Position numbers and translations under genes: made by a program. A DNA stretch of 64,000 bases. Origin: an uncultured Planctomycetaceae bacterium. GTDB lineage: Bacteria > Planctomycetota > Planctomycetia > Pirellulales > PALSA-1355. Below the pieces are notes generated by a model. It did no database searches. It was not told where the DNA came from and worked only from the letters and a program-made list of their open reading frames with translations. The stretch is taken from NCBI GenBank assembly GCA_963785305.1, contig CAWAUV010000005.1:256001-320000 (forward strand), given 5' to 3'. Shown one piece after another: positions 48,334 through 59,955 of this stretch (positions are counted from its first letter, which is position 1; each line of letters opens with the position of its first letter).

Positions 48334-50465
48334 ATGCGAATCGACCAAACCCAACAACAATCCGACGACGACCAGTTGCGCTCCCAGGCGCTGAGCGTCA
48401 AGCGGAGCCAGCCGCCGACGGTGGTGCCCGGCTACGAGCCGCGCCGCTTTTCGGCGCGGGCGCCTATGGCGAAGTGTGGGTCGCGACCGATCGCACCACC
48501 GGGCGCCATGTGGCAATCAAGTTCTATGCCCATCGCGGCGGACTCGATTGGTCGCTACTTTCGCGCGAAGTCGAGAAGCTCGCGTTTCTTTCGGCCGATC
48601 GCTACGTGGTGCAGCTTTTGGATGTCGGTTGGGACGCCGAGCCGCCCTACTATGTCATGGAATATGTCGAGCGAGGCAGCCTCGAAGACCTGCTCCGCCG
48701 CGAAAAGAAACTGCGGCCCGAGACCGCCGCGGCCCTGTTTCGCGATGTTGCCGTGGGCCTGTTGCATGCGCATGGCAAAGGCGTGTTGCACTGCGACCTG
48801 AAGCCGGCCAATGTGCTGCTCGATCAAGACACGAAACCTCGCCTCGCCGACTTCGGCCAGAGCCGGCTCTCGCATGAACAAACGCCCGCGCTCGGCACGC
48901 TCTTTTACATGGCGCCGGAGCAGGCCGACATGAAGGCGGTGCCCGACGTGCGTTGGGATGTCTACGCGCTCGGAGCGCTCTTGTATGCGATGTTGACCGG
49001 GACTCCGCCGTTTCGCGACGCGCGGGCCGTGGCCGAAATCGAAACCGGGCCCGATCTCGATCATCGCTTGGCTCGGTATCGGCGCTTGATCGAACGCGCT
49101 CCGCGGCCGGTGGCGCATCGGCAAGCCGCGGGAGTTGATCGAGCACTAGCCGATATTGTCGATGGATGCCTAGCCGTGGATCGCAATCGCCGCTTCGCCA
49201 ATGTGCAAGCGGTGCTCGACGCGCTCGATGCCCGCGCCCGCCGCCGCGCTCGCCGGCCGCTGGTGCTCTTGGGCGCGGTGGGGCCGGCGCTGGCGCTGCT
49301 GGTGATCTCGTTCGTGGCATGGCGGGGTTTCGAAGCGGTGGTCAAACAGTCCGACGAAACCCTGCGAATCCGGGCCCTGGAAAGCAATCATTTCGCGGCG
49401 CAATATGTCGCCAAGACGGTGACCAACGAGCTCGACCGCCGCTATCGCTCGATCGAGGAAATGGCCGGCAGTTCGCGTTTTCAACAACTGCTCGATCAAA
49501 CGTTGGCCGACGCCGATCTCGCCAGACTTCGGCGCCAGTTGAACGAACCCAAGCTCTCGGAAGAAGATCGCCACACGCTTCGCGAACAGTTCTTGGTGCA
49601 TCCGGCCCGGCAGGCAATCCAATTGCGATTGCTTTCCTTGTTCGACGACGAGACGGAGCCGGCCGTGGCGAGTTGGTTCGTGATGGACCCCGAGGGGTTG
49701 CTCTTGGCCGCGGCGCCCGACACGCAGCGCCGTGGGCCAAAACCTGGCCTGGCGCGGCTACTTCAACGGCGACGGCGATCAGCGCGCTCCGACTGGCGGC
49801 CCGAGCCCGGCGAACATGTGCGCGAGACCACGCTGTCGAGCGTGTTTCGCACCCAGCCGAGCAATCGCTGGTCGGTGGCGATCTCGACTCCGGTGACGAC
49901 CGAGCCGCCCGACGCGAAGTTCATGGGCGTGCTCGCGATGTCGATGGAGGTCGATCGATTCGTCGACCTGCAAGGCGGCGACCGGCAATTCGCGGTCTTG
50001 GTTGATTGGCGCGGGGGAGCGAATCGGGGGGCGATCTTGCAGCATCCGCTCTTCAATAAATTGATCCGCGAACATGGCAAGTTGCCCGATCGGATTCACG
50101 ACTATCGAGTCACGGCCGATCAATTGCCCGACGCGAAGGAACGTCGCGAGAACTATGTCGACCCGGTGGGCGCCGATCGCGAGGGCGAGGAGTTTCGCCG
50201 GAATTGGCTGGCCGAGATGGCGCCGGTTGGCATTCGCAACGGCAACACCGGTTGGGTGGTGATTGTCGAGGAATCGTATCAAGCGGCAATCGGCCGCACA
50301 TTGGCCCGGCTGCAAGATAGCCTGATGCGCAGCGGAGCGCTGGCGGTGCTGCTCATCGCAGCGCTCTCGACGCTGCTGTGGGCGCTGGTGCTGCGGGTGA
50401 TCGATGATCCGGCCAAGAGCCCGCGGGTCGAGGCCTCGCCGCCTCCGGAGCCACCGGCGGCTTAG
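48334..50465 (+). CDS. Membrane Ser/Thr protein kinase with extracytoplasmic Cache-like domain (apparent frameshifts near 48450 and 49730-49790)
   Basis: GAGAYGEVW, VAIK, HCDLKPANV, DFG, GTLFYMAPEQ, DVYALG; two TM helices. Confidence 0.9.
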
Positions 50466-50516
50466 CGGGCGGCGCCGGGAATATCGCGGCTTGCCTCCCG
50501 GCGCTCCCTGTCTCGA

Positions 50517-52349
50517 ATGACGGCCGATCGATCGACGGAATATTTTTCAAGGAGTGCTTTCGGCGTGGCAGATCTGATTGCACAAGGCGGAGATTCGCAC
50601 CAGCGCTGGCGGCGCACGCTCCAGCTCGGGCGTTACGTGACCTTGGGTCGCGAACCCTCGGGCTGGGCCGTGGCGTGGGACGATCGCGTCTCGCGCCAAC
50701 ATGCCGAAATCTGTTGGGACGGCAGCCGGCTCGCCGTGGCGCGGCTGGCCACGGGCCGCAATCCGATCTTCGTCAAGGGCAGCCAGTCGGCGCGGTTCGA
50801 GATTCAGCCTGGCGAACATTTCGTGATCGGAGGCACGACCTTCACCTTGGCCGATGAGTTGGCCCGCGCCACGCTCGACGTGCCCCAGCCCGCGCAGCAG
50901 CAGACATTTACATCGCAGTATTTGCAGCAGGCGCCATTTCGCCACGCCGACGCGCATATCGATGTGCTCAGTCGGCTGCCGGAAATGATCTCCGGCGCGT
51001 CGAATGATCCCGAGCTGTATGTGCGGTTGGTCAACTTGCTTTTGGCCGGCGTGTCGCGGGCGGCGGCGGCGGCGCTCGTGGCGGTGAAGCATGAAGACAG
51101 CGAGCGACCGGTGATCGAAGTGTTGCACTGGGACCGGCGGCTCGTCACGGGCGATGATTTTCAGCCCAGCCAGCGATTGATTCTCGAAGCGATCCGCAAG
51201 CGCGACAGCGTGCTGCATGTGTGGGACGCCGGCGAGCTCGAAACCGAATCGGCTTTCACGATGCGCAAGGGCGTCGATTGGGCCTATTGCACGCCGATCG
51301 GCGGCAAGGCTTGCCAGGGCTGGGGAGTGTATGTCTCCGGCCGCTTCGCCGCCGATTCCGTGAGCCCCCACGACTCTTCCGACCCGACGGACCTGCGCGA
51401 CGATCTCAAATTCACCGAGCTCGCCGCGGCGACGCTCCGCTCGCTGCGCGATGTGCGGCTGCTCGAGCGGCAGCGGGCCGGACTGAGCCAATTCTTTTCG
51501 CCGGTCGTGCTCGAAGCGATCGAAGGCGGCGATCCCGAGGAGGTGCTCGCTCCGCGCGAGGCGGAAGTCACGGTGCTGTTTTGCGATCTCCGCGGATTTT
51601 CGCGCCGTAGCGAGCTCGCGGCTGGCGACCTGATGGGGCTGTTGCGGCGCGTGAGCCAGGCGCTGGGTGTCACCACGCGCCGCATTCGCGAACATGGCGG
51701 CGTGGTCGGCGATTTTCATGGCGACGCGGCGATGGGGTTCTGGGGCTGGCCGCTGCCGCAGCCCGACGCGCCGGTGCGCGCGTGTCTGGCGGCGCTGGCG
51801 ATTCGGGCCGAATTCGCCGCCGCCGCCCGCCGCGATGGCGACCCACTCGCCGACTTTCAAATGGGCCTCGGCATCGCCACGGGTCTCGCGGTGGCTGGAA
51901 AGATCGGCACCGCCGATCAGGTGAAGGTCACGGTGTTTGGGCCGGTGGTCAATTTGGCCGCGAGGCTCGAGAGCATGACGAAAACCTTGCACGCGCCGAT
52001 CTTGATCGGCTCGACCACGGCCGCGTATGTCCGCGACAATTTGCCACGGGAAGTAGCCCGGCTTCGCCGCGTGGCGGTCCTTAAGCCCTACGGCATGGAT
52101 AAGGCGGTCGAGGCGGTCGAGCTCCTGCCGCCGGCGAGCGACTATCCGCTTCTCAGCGATCAGAATGTCGACGACTACGAGCGGGCGCTCGACGAACTGC
52201 TGGCCGGCCAATGGACAACCGCCTTCGAGCGGCTGCATCGCGTGCCGGCGGAAGATCGGGTGAAAGACTTTCTCACGGTCTACATCGCCCAGCACAATCG
52301 CACCCCGCCCGAGGGCTGGAACGGCGTGATCTCACTCGGCGGTAAATAA
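50517..52349 (+). CDS. FHA-domain class III adenylate/guanylate cyclase
   Basis: LGR...VSRQHA...N (FHA); VLFCDLRGFS, GDAAM, FGPVVNLAARLE (cyclase); start may be the GTG about 50 bp downstream. Confidence 0.9.
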   Translation: MTADRSTEYFSRSAFGVADLIAQGGDSHQRWRRTLQLGRYVTLGREPSGWAVAWDDRVSRQHAEICWDGSRLAVARLATGRNPIFVKGSQSARFEIQPGEHFVIGGTTFTLADELARATLDVPQPAQQQTFTSQYLQQAPFRHADAHIDVLSRLPEMISGASNDPELYVRLVNLLLAGVSRAAAAALVAVKHEDSERPVIEVLHWDRRLVTGDDFQPSQRLILEAIRKRDSVLHVWDAGELETESAFTMRKGVDWAYCTPIGGKACQGWGVYVSGRFAADSVSPHDSSDPTDLRDDLKFTELAAATLRSLRDVRLLERQRAGLSQFFSPVVLEAIEGGDPEEVLAPREAEVTVLFCDLRGFSRRSELAAGDLMGLLRRVSQALGVTTRRIREHGGVVGDFHGDAAMGFWGWPLPQPDAPVRACLAALAIRAEFAAAARRDGDPLADFQMGLGIATGLAVAGKIGTADQVKVTVFGPVVNLAARLESMTKTLHAPILIGSTTAAYVRDNLPREVARLRRVAVLKPYGMDKAVEAVELLPPASDYPLLSDQNVDDYERALDELLAGQWTTAFERLHRVPAEDRVKDFLTVYIAQHNRTPPEGWNGVISLGGK

Positions 52350-52567
52350 TCGGCTGTTGTCTCGCGCCGCCGGTCAAGCGGCGCCGCGTCCCGAGCTTGG
52401 CTTTTTTACGGCTGGCGACTGCTCGCTGGTAGCGGCGAACCGCCGGGCGTGGTAAAAACGTGGGCGAGCGAGAGCCGGCGTCGGACTCGCGCGTGCTCCG
52501 AATCCATCGACTCGAAATCGTCGAGCCGCCCGGGGAGAAATAGTCTTCTCGGGCCGCCGAACACCAA

Positions 52568-53113
52568 ATGGCCGCCATGACCGCTTCGCCCCTCTCCGGA
52601 CGACGCATTCTCGTCTTCGTCGACGATATCTACGAAGACCTCGAACTTTGGTATCCGCGGCTTCGCCTCATCGAGGGCGGAGCCAAGGTCACGGTCGCCG
52701 GGCCCGAGGCCGACCGCGTATACCTGGGCAAACATCACTATCCTTGCCGATCCGATGCGCGGATCGCCGATCAACGCGCGGCCGATTACGACGGGCTCGT
52801 CGTGCCCGGTGGATTCATGCCCGACAAATTGCGGCGCGATGCGCATGTGCTCCAGCTCACGCGCGACTTTTCCGCGGCCGGCAAGCTCGTGGCCGCGATC
52901 TGTCATGGCGGCTGGATTCCCATTTCGGCGGGCGTTTATCGCGGCGTGCGGGTCACGGGCTCGCCGGGCATAAAAGACGACCTGGTCAATGCCGGGGCCT
53001 TGTGGGAAGACGCCGCGGTGGTGGTGGATCGGCATTTTGTCAGCAGCCGCAAGCCCGACGACCTGCCGGATTTTTGTCGCGGGATTTTCCAAGTGATGGC
53101 GGACCATGCTTGA
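52568..53113 (+). CDS. PfpI/DJ-1 family protein
   Basis: YEDLELWYP, VPGG, AICHG, SSRKPDDLPDF. Confidence 0.92.
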   Translation: MAAMTASPLSGRRILVFVDDIYEDLELWYPRLRLIEGGAKVTVAGPEADRVYLGKHHYPCRSDARIADQRAADYDGLVVPGGFMPDKLRRDAHVLQLTRDFSAAGKLVAAICHGGWIPISAGVYRGVRVTGSPGIKDDLVNAGALWEDAAVVVDRHFVSSRKPDDLPDFCRGIFQVMADHA

Positions 53114-53223
53114 AGTCGTCGTGATTTCGCGGATCGCTTGGTTGCCGGAAGCTCGAGCCCGCCGCGGGTCGCGCCGCGCTTTGTTCGGTCCGGCGTCGAG
53201 CGCCCAGGAGGCTGGCTGAAACG

Positions 53224-54342
53224 ATGGATTCCAGCTTCTGGTTGACGCTATTGGGCGTGTTGTTCGTGCCGCTGCTGGTGTTGTGCAACGCGTTTTTCGT
53301 CGCCTCCGAGTTCGCGCTCGTGTCGATGCGGCAAACGCGCGTCGAGGAAATGATCAATGCGCGGCTCAAGGGCGCCAAAAGCATTAAGACCGCGATCCAG
53401 CGCCTGGACGACATCATCGCCATGACCCAGCTCGGCATCACGCTGGCCAGCCTGGCCCTGGGCTGGATCGGCGAGCCGTGCCTGGCGCGCGTCATTCAGC
53501 GCGTGCTGGCCGACATGCCGGGGTCTTGGTCCGAGGTCACGGCCCACGGTATCGCCACGGCGATCGCCTTCACCGGCATCACCTGCATCCATGTGGTGAT
53601 GGGCGAGCTCGCGCCCAAGGCGATCGCGCTCCAGCGGCCCGACGGCATTAGCCTTTGGGTCTGCCGGCCGTTGTTGTGGCTCACGCGGGTGGCGCGACCG
53701 GCAATCGTCAGCTTGAACTTCGTGGGCAATCTCGTGCTTCGCTGGCTGGGCTTCGAGCCGCTCCGGGGACACGAAATGGTCCATTCGGTCGAGGAACTGG
53801 CGCTCTTGGTCGAGGAGACTCGCCGGGCCGGAGTGTTGCGGCAAGATCAAGCCGAGTACTTGCGAAATGTGTTTCGCCTGCCGGCAAAAATGGTGCGAGA
53901 TTGCCTAGTGCCTCGCGAGCGCGTGGCGGCGCTCGAACTGCACATGCCGCAAGACAAAGTGCTCGAAGCCGTGCGGCAGGGCGCCCATACCCGCATGCCG
54001 GTCTACGACCACGACCTGAACAATATCGTGGGCATCGTGAACACGAAGGACCTGTTTCATCTGTTTAGTCTGCAAGGCATGGTGGTGCTCGACGACGCGA
54101 TGTATCCGCCGATTTTCGTGCAGCCGGATCGGCCGATCTCGGAAGTGATGCGCGAGTTTCGGCGGCGCCGGCGGCCGATGGCGATTGTGCGCGAGGCAAA
54201 CGACGGCCCAGTGCTGGGCATCATCACGATGGAAGATATCGTGGAAGAAATCGTGGGCGAGATCGAAGATGAACACGATCTTCCGGCGCCGGGAACCAGC
54301 CCGCCCGCTCCGAAGAGCCGCCGCCCGAAGAAATCGCGATGA
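53224..54342 (+). CDS. CNNM/HlyC-CorC family protein (DUF21 plus CBS pair)
   Basis: NAFFVASEFALV, QLGITLASLALG, GELAPK, HTRMPVY, EDIVEEIVGEIEDEHD. Confidence 0.92.
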   Translation: MDSSFWLTLLGVLFVPLLVLCNAFFVASEFALVSMRQTRVEEMINARLKGAKSIKTAIQRLDDIIAMTQLGITLASLALGWIGEPCLARVIQRVLADMPGSWSEVTAHGIATAIAFTGITCIHVVMGELAPKAIALQRPDGISLWVCRPLLWLTRVARPAIVSLNFVGNLVLRWLGFEPLRGHEMVHSVEELALLVEETRRAGVLRQDQAEYLRNVFRLPAKMVRDCLVPRERVAALELHMPQDKVLEAVRQGAHTRMPVYDHDLNNIVGIVNTKDLFHLFSLQGMVVLDDAMYPPIFVQPDRPISEVMREFRRRRRPMAIVREANDGPVLGIITMEDIVEEIVGEIEDEHDLPAPGTSPPAPKSRRPKKSR

Positions 54343-54809
54343 AAAATCGCGATAAGCGAATTCGCGCCAGCGGCCGCGCGTCGCCGTCTTATTTTCGATG
54401 GACTCGGCATCCGCGGATTAAATGCGAGATTCCTTAAACTTCCTCCCAACCGCATTCCGAAGACGTAACAGAGTTGCTTGATTTCGAGACGTTCGGCGCA
54501 TATCGTGATGGCGCGAGCCGCCGGACGCTTGAGCCGGCGTTTCACCACGCCCCGAATGCGCCGCCGCGGCGCGAGACCGCGGCGATTCCGCAATTTCGAT
54601 TCGCCCGGCGGTCATCCCATGTTTCCGGATCCCACCTTGAAGTTCGAGCCGCTTGGCGTTTTGAACGCTGGTCGGCGCCGTTGGCGGATGTGTTGTCGAC
54701 GCGGTTGTTAGCGCGAACCCGGCGCGGCGAAATATCGTCAATCGAACACGCCGCTTTCGCCCCGAGGGCTTCCTTTTTCCCACTCGCGATTTTCCGCAGG
54801 ATCATTCCC

Positions 54810-55766
54810 ATGGCGACCGACTTCCGCCGCAAAGAACAGCTTCCGCAGTTGACCGACCGCATCGTGCGGACCTATTCGCAAGTCGGCAAGATCAGTCACT
54901 TGGGCCACTGCCCGCTGCCCCGGCAGGAAGCGATTGTCGATGCGATCGAGGATCTCAAGGAGATTCTTTATCCCGGCTATCGCCGCCGCGAGGGACTGCA
55001 TCTGGGCAACGTGACCTATCACGTGGGCGAATTGATCGACAAATTGCACGACGCGCTCACGCGGCAAATCGGTCGCGCCCTGAGGCATGACGCCGGCCTG
55101 AGTCAGGAATGCGCCAACGATCCCGACTTTGAAGCCCTGGGCCAAGCCAAGGCGATCTTGTTTCTCGAACAATTGCCCGACTTGCGAAAGCAGCTCGCGC
55201 TCGATGTGCAAGCCGCCTACGATGGCGATCCGGCCGTCCGCTCGCAAGACGAAGTGATCTTTTGCTATCCGGGCCTCGAGGCGATCACGGTCTATCGCCT
55301 CGCGCACGTGCTCTATGAACTCGATGTGCCGCTCATTCCGCGCATCATGACCGAATGGGCGCACTCGAAGACCGGCATCGATATCCATCCCGGGGCCAAG
55401 ATCGGCCCGCATTTTTTTATCGACCACGGCACGGGCGTCGTCATCGGGCAGACATGCGAGATCGGCGCCCATGTGAAGCTTTATCAAGGCGTGACGCTCG
55501 GCGCGATCAGCTTTCCGACCGATGGCGACGGCAATTTGGTGCGCGGCGCGAAGCGCCACCCGACGATCGAAGACCGCGTGGTGATCTATGCCAATGCCAC
55601 CGTGCTCGGCGGCGCCACGGTGATCGGCCACGACTCGGTGATCGGGTCCAGCGTGTGGCTCACGCGCGGTGTCGAGCCCCACACGACCGTGGTGCTCGAA
55701 AAACCGAAGCTCCGCATGAAAGCCGACCTGGCCGAAATCGGCGCCGATCAGAACTGGGTGATCTGA
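54810..55766 (+). CDS. cysE: Serine O-acetyltransferase
   Basis: [39 protein letters not shown]. Confidence 0.92.
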   Translation: MATDFRRKEQLPQLTDRIVRTYSQVGKISHLGHCPLPRQEAIVDAIEDLKEILYPGYRRREGLHLGNVTYHVGELIDKLHDALTRQIGRALRHDAGLSQECANDPDFEALGQAKAILFLEQLPDLRKQLALDVQAAYDGDPAVRSQDEVIFCYPGLEAITVYRLAHVLYELDVPLIPRIMTEWAHSKTGIDIHPGAKIGPHFFIDHGTGVVIGQTCEIGAHVKLYQGVTLGAISFPTDGDGNLVRGAKRHPTIEDRVVIYANATVLGGATVIGHDSVIGSSVWLTRGVEPHTTVVLEKPKLRMKADLAEIGADQNWVI

Positions 55767-55800
55767 ACTGGGTGATTCGAACCGCGCCTCGCGCTCGGAT

Positions 55801-57715
55801 TCATTTCGAGCGCACATAAAGCACGCAGCTCCAAGGCGGCAACGAAAATATCGGGCCCATTTGCGCCTCACTCGGTCGCCAAACCTCGGGCGCCTGGTCG
55901 CCGGGTCCGTTCCACGCGACGGCCGCGGAATCAAATGCCTTGCGCCATGAGCCGGTCGTTGGCAATTCGAGCGGCGGAAGCTCGGCGGTGGGCGTTGCCG
56001 ACCGGGGACCGAAATTGAGCAGCGCCCAGATCGCGTCGCCGCCGCTCTGGCGCAGCATCATCACCAGCGGGCCGCCGGGCGCCAGCGCACCGTGGCGGAG
56101 TCGCGGCTCGGCTCGCGAATCGCCGGATGCTCGCGGCGGAGCGTGAGCAGTCGTTGATAAAGTCGCCACAGCACCGCGTGCCGGCCATGCGAGCGCAGCG
56201 TCGAAATCGAGGCGACTCGCGACAAACGTTTCCACCGCCGCCGGATCGGCAAAAGCGGCCGCGGCGCCAAAACCGGGCGAATTCCCGCTTGCGCCCGCGC
56301 GCACGACTTGCGATAAGCGCCGGGTCGCCGTGGTCGACGAAATAATGAAACGGCGCCGGCTCGTCGTATTCCTCGCCCATGAACAGCAGCGGCACATAGG
56401 GTGAGAGCAGCATCGTGGCCGGCGGCGAGCTTGAGCCGCTCGAAGTCGCACAAGTGGCCGAGCCGTTCGCCGCCGGGTCGATTGCCCACTTCATCGTGGT
56501 TTTGCACGAACGAGAGAAAGCGATCGGCCGCCGCGTTGCCCGCCGGGACGCCATGGCGCCGGCCACGATAGCGCGAATATTGCCCGGTGATGACATATCC
56601 CTCGCGAATCGCTTTCGTCACATCGTCGACCGAACCGAAGTCGGCATAGAATCCATGCCGCTCGCCGGTGATGCAGCGCGTGCATGGCCCGGCCAAAATC
56701 ATCGACCCACTGCGCGTCGAGCCCCAGCCCACCTTCGGCGGCTGGCTGAACCGAGGCCGGATGATTGCGATTCGTCTCGGCGATGAGAAACACCGGCCGG
56801 CCGAGTTCGCGCCCGCGGGCATGCACGGCGTCGGCGAGCTCCCGCAGAAAGGGGTGGGCCGAGACATCGAAGATCGCATGCACGGCGTCGAGCCGCAGGG
56901 CATCGAAGTGAAACTCGTCGATCCACTGCGAGCGCGTTGTCGATGAAATATCGCCGCACGTCGTCGCTCGAGCGGCCATCGAAATTCAGGGCTTCGCCCC
57001 AGGGCGTGCGATAGCGATCGGTGAAATACGGCCCGTATTGCGCGATATAGTTCCCTTCGGGCCCCAGGTGGTTGTAAACCACATCGAGCACCGCCGAGAG
57101 CCCGCGCCGGTGGCAGGCGTCGACCAGTCGCTTGAGCGCCTTGGCGCCGCCATAGGAATGCTGCACGGCAAAGGGATACACGCCATCGTAGCCCCAGTTC
57201 CGCTCGCCCGGACACTGGGCCACCGGCATGATCTCGATCGCGTTGACACCGAGCTCGACGAGCGCGTCGAGTCGCGCGATCGCGGCGTCGAACGTGCCCT
57301 CGGGCGTGAAAGCGCCCACATGCAATTCATAGACCACGAAATCGCGCAGTTCGGCACCGCGCCAAGCCGAATCGGTCCAAGCGAATGCTTCATCGACCAC
57401 GGCCGAGGGACCATGCACGCCCTCGGGTTGCGAGCGCGACACCGGGTCGGAATATTCGCGGCCGGCGGCCCGGGCGCCATAAAGCCGGTAGCGATAGAGG
57501 CGCCCCTCGGGCAACTTCGCGACCACGGCCCGAAAGTAATGGCCGGGCAAGCGCTCCATTTGCACGAGCCGATCGACGGGGGCGAGTAGGTGGACCTTGA
57601 CCTTGGTGGCGAAGGGAGCCCACGCCACGAACTGCACGCCGCCATCGGCCAAGCACGAAGCGCCGAGCTTGAACTGCTGAACGTCGACCGGTGAACTTTC
57701 CACGCGGGGAGGCAT
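55801..57715 (-). CDS. treZ: Malto-oligosyltrehalose trehalohydrolase (several apparent frameshifts)
   Basis: [56 protein letters not shown] spread across frames. Confidence 0.9.
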
Positions 57716-57781
57716 CCGTTCCAAGAAAGCTTTGCGATTCGCCGCGAGTGATCCGGCGTTGGGCGATCGGGAGTCGCGCGA

Positions 57782-58375
57782 TCAGGCCTTGGGGGCCGGC
57801 TTGAAATAGTCCGGCTCCTGGCCGGGTTTCCACTTGATATTGCAGCCGATGCTGGCCCGCTGCTCGGCCGAGACCGGTTGGCCGGACAGCACCGCGTCGA
57901 GGGCGCGGCGCAAATCGACACCGGTCACGGGAATGCCGGAGTTCGGCCGGCTGGAGTCCATTTGGCCGCGATAGACAAGCCGCTGACGCGAATCGAACAC
58001 ATAGAAGTCGGGCGTGCACGCGGCGTGGTAGGCTTTGGCCACGGACTGCGTGTCGTCGTGGAGATAGGGAAATTCGTAGCCGCGTTCCTGGGCTTCGGCG
58101 ACCATTTGTTCGGGGGAATCGGCCGGATACTTCTCGGCGTCGTTCGAATTGATGCCCACCACCGCCACGCCGCGGGCCATGTAGTCGCGGGCCATATCCG
58201 CGATGCCCATCGCCACATGTTTCACATAGGGGCAATGGTTGCAGATAAACATCACGAGCAACGCCCTCGCGCCGACGAAATCGCCCAGCGACATTTCGCG
58301 GCCATCGATGTTCGGTAGCGAGAAGTCGGGCGCTTTCGTGCCCAGGGGAAGCATTGTGCTGGGGGTCAGAACCAT
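57782..58375 (-). CDS. Thioredoxin-fold (AhpC/TSA) protein
   Basis: APDFSL, CNHCPYV, ACTPDFY, SIGCNIKWK. Confidence 0.92.
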   Translation of the reverse strand: MVLTPSTMLPLGTKAPDFSLPNIDGREMSLGDFVGARALLVMFICNHCPYVKHVAMGIADMARDYMARGVAVVGINSNDAEKYPADSPEQMVAEAQERGYEFPYLHDDTQSVAKAYHAACTPDFYVFDSRQRLVYRGQMDSSRPNSGIPVTGVDLRRALDAVLSGQPVSAEQRASIGCNIKWKPGQEPDYFKPAPKA

Positions 58376-58455
58376 CGGCAAGCAAACTCCAAGGAACGAG
58401 ATCGAAAAAAAAATTGCGGCGGCCGAGCGACTCGAACCGCCGGGCGCCTTATGTT

Positions 58456-58535
58456 AGAGCCTATCCGTAAACTTCGGCGAGCCCTCGCCCTGGCCTCTCC
58501 CAGGCGGAGAGGGGGGCAGTTGTCGGATAGGCTCT
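58456..58535. mobile_element. 80-bp MITE-like element enclosing a REP-like hairpin
   Basis: Perfect 12-bp terminal IR AGAGCCTATCCG / CGGATAGGCTCT around CCCTCGCCCTGGCCTCTCCCAGGCGGAGAGGGG. Confidence 0.65.
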
Positions 58536-58554
58536 TGACTCGGCGCCTTCCGAC

Positions 58555-59886
58555 TCATGCAAGCGACAATTTTCCGTTGCTGTCGCCCAGCATGTCGATC
58601 GACGACTGCATGCGGTCGAGCAGCGCGAGATAGAGGTTGTTCAGCGGCGTTTCGCGGTCGTGGATCACATGGCGCCCGGTGTCGATCGTGCCTCCGCCGC
58701 GGCCGATCAACACGATCGGCAGATCGTGATGCTGGTGGCGGTTGCCATCGGAGATGCCGCTGCCGTAGACGATCATGCAATTGTCGAGCAGCGTGCCGGG
58801 CCCTTCTTGAATGCCGGCCATCTTGTCGATCATAAGGGCGAACTGGTCGATATGAAAGCGATTGATCTTTTGGATTTTCGCCTGCTTCTCGGCGTTGTTG
58901 CCATGATGCGAAAGATCGTGGTGCCCTTCGCGCACATCGATAAACGAATAGCTGCGATTGCTCCCTTCGTTTTCCATGGCGAAGGTGACCACGCGCGTCA
59001 CATCGGCCTGATAGGCAAGCACCATGAGATCGCACATCAGGCGAATGTGCTCGGCGTAGGACTTCGGCAGTCCCGCCGGACGGGGAAATTCGCCGGGCGG
59101 CTCGCGGCGGGCTTCTTGTTCCGACCGCTGGATGCGCTGCTCGACCTCGCGCACCGAATTGAAATATTCATCGAGCTTGCGGCGATCCTTGACGCCGACC
59201 CGCGATTGCAAGCGGCGGGCATCTTCGAGCGCGAAGTCGAGAATGCTCTCGCGATAGCGCGCCTGCCGCTGGCGGCCTTGCTCGTCGCCCGAGCCAAACA
59301 TCCGCTCGAAGACCGAGCGGGGATTGATGTCCTTGGGCATCGGCGTGTTTTCGCCGCGCCAGGAGAGATTCGACGAATAGGCGCAGCTATAACCCGAATC
59401 GCAATTGCCGGCCTGCCCGCCGCCGACGCAACCGATTTCGAGCGAGGCGAGCGGAGTCTGGCCGCGAAGCCGTTCGGCCGCCACCTGATCGACCGACACG
59501 CCGACCCGAATATCGGCCCCGTGCGTTTTTCGAATTTGCACTCCGGTCAAAAAGGTCGACATGCTCCGGGCATGATCGCCACCGCCGTCGCCATTGGCTC
59601 GAGCCTTGGTCTGCGCGAGCCCCGAGAGCACGAGCATGTTTTGCCGGTGCTTGGCGAGCGGCTCGAGCAGCGAGGGCAGCTCGAAATCGCGGCCCGGGTC
59701 CTTGGGCGTCCAGGCGGGCATGTGCATGCCATTGGGCACATAGACGAAACCCATCCGCCGCGGCAAGGGGGCGCCCTTCTCATCGGCCCAAAGCGAAGCG
59801 GCGGGCATCGCGTCGAGCAGCGGCAGCGCCAAGCTCACGCCCAGGCCGCGCAACACCGTGCGACGAGAGATTCGTGCGACGCTCAT
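58555..59886 (-). CDS. DUF1552-domain protein (Tat signal)
   Basis: SRRTVLRGLGVSLALPLLDAM, GGDH, SVDQ, YSCAYSSNLSW, HHDLSHH, GNRH. Confidence 0.9.
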   Translation of the reverse strand: MSVARISRRTVLRGLGVSLALPLLDAMPAASLWADEKGAPLPRRMGFVYVPNGMHMPAWTPKDPGRDFELPSLLEPLAKHRQNMLVLSGLAQTKARANGDGGGDHARSMSTFLTGVQIRKTHGADIRVGVSVDQVAAERLRGQTPLASLEIGCVGGGQAGNCDSGYSCAYSSNLSWRGENTPMPKDINPRSVFERMFGSGDEQGRQRQARYRESILDFALEDARRLQSRVGVKDRRKLDEYFNSVREVEQRIQRSEQEARREPPGEFPRPAGLPKSYAEHIRLMCDLMVLAYQADVTRVVTFAMENEGSNRSYSFIDVREGHHDLSHHGNNAEKQAKIQKINRFHIDQFALMIDKMAGIQEGPGTLLDNCMIVYGSGISDGNRHQHHDLPIVLIGRGGGTIDTGRHVIHDRETPLNNLYLALLDRMQSSIDMLGDSNGKLSLA

Positions 59887-59955
59887 AGCGGGTCTCCCCA
59901 TAAAAAATGACGGTTCCGACTCGCGGACCATAACTGGCGATTCGCCCCCGCCGAC

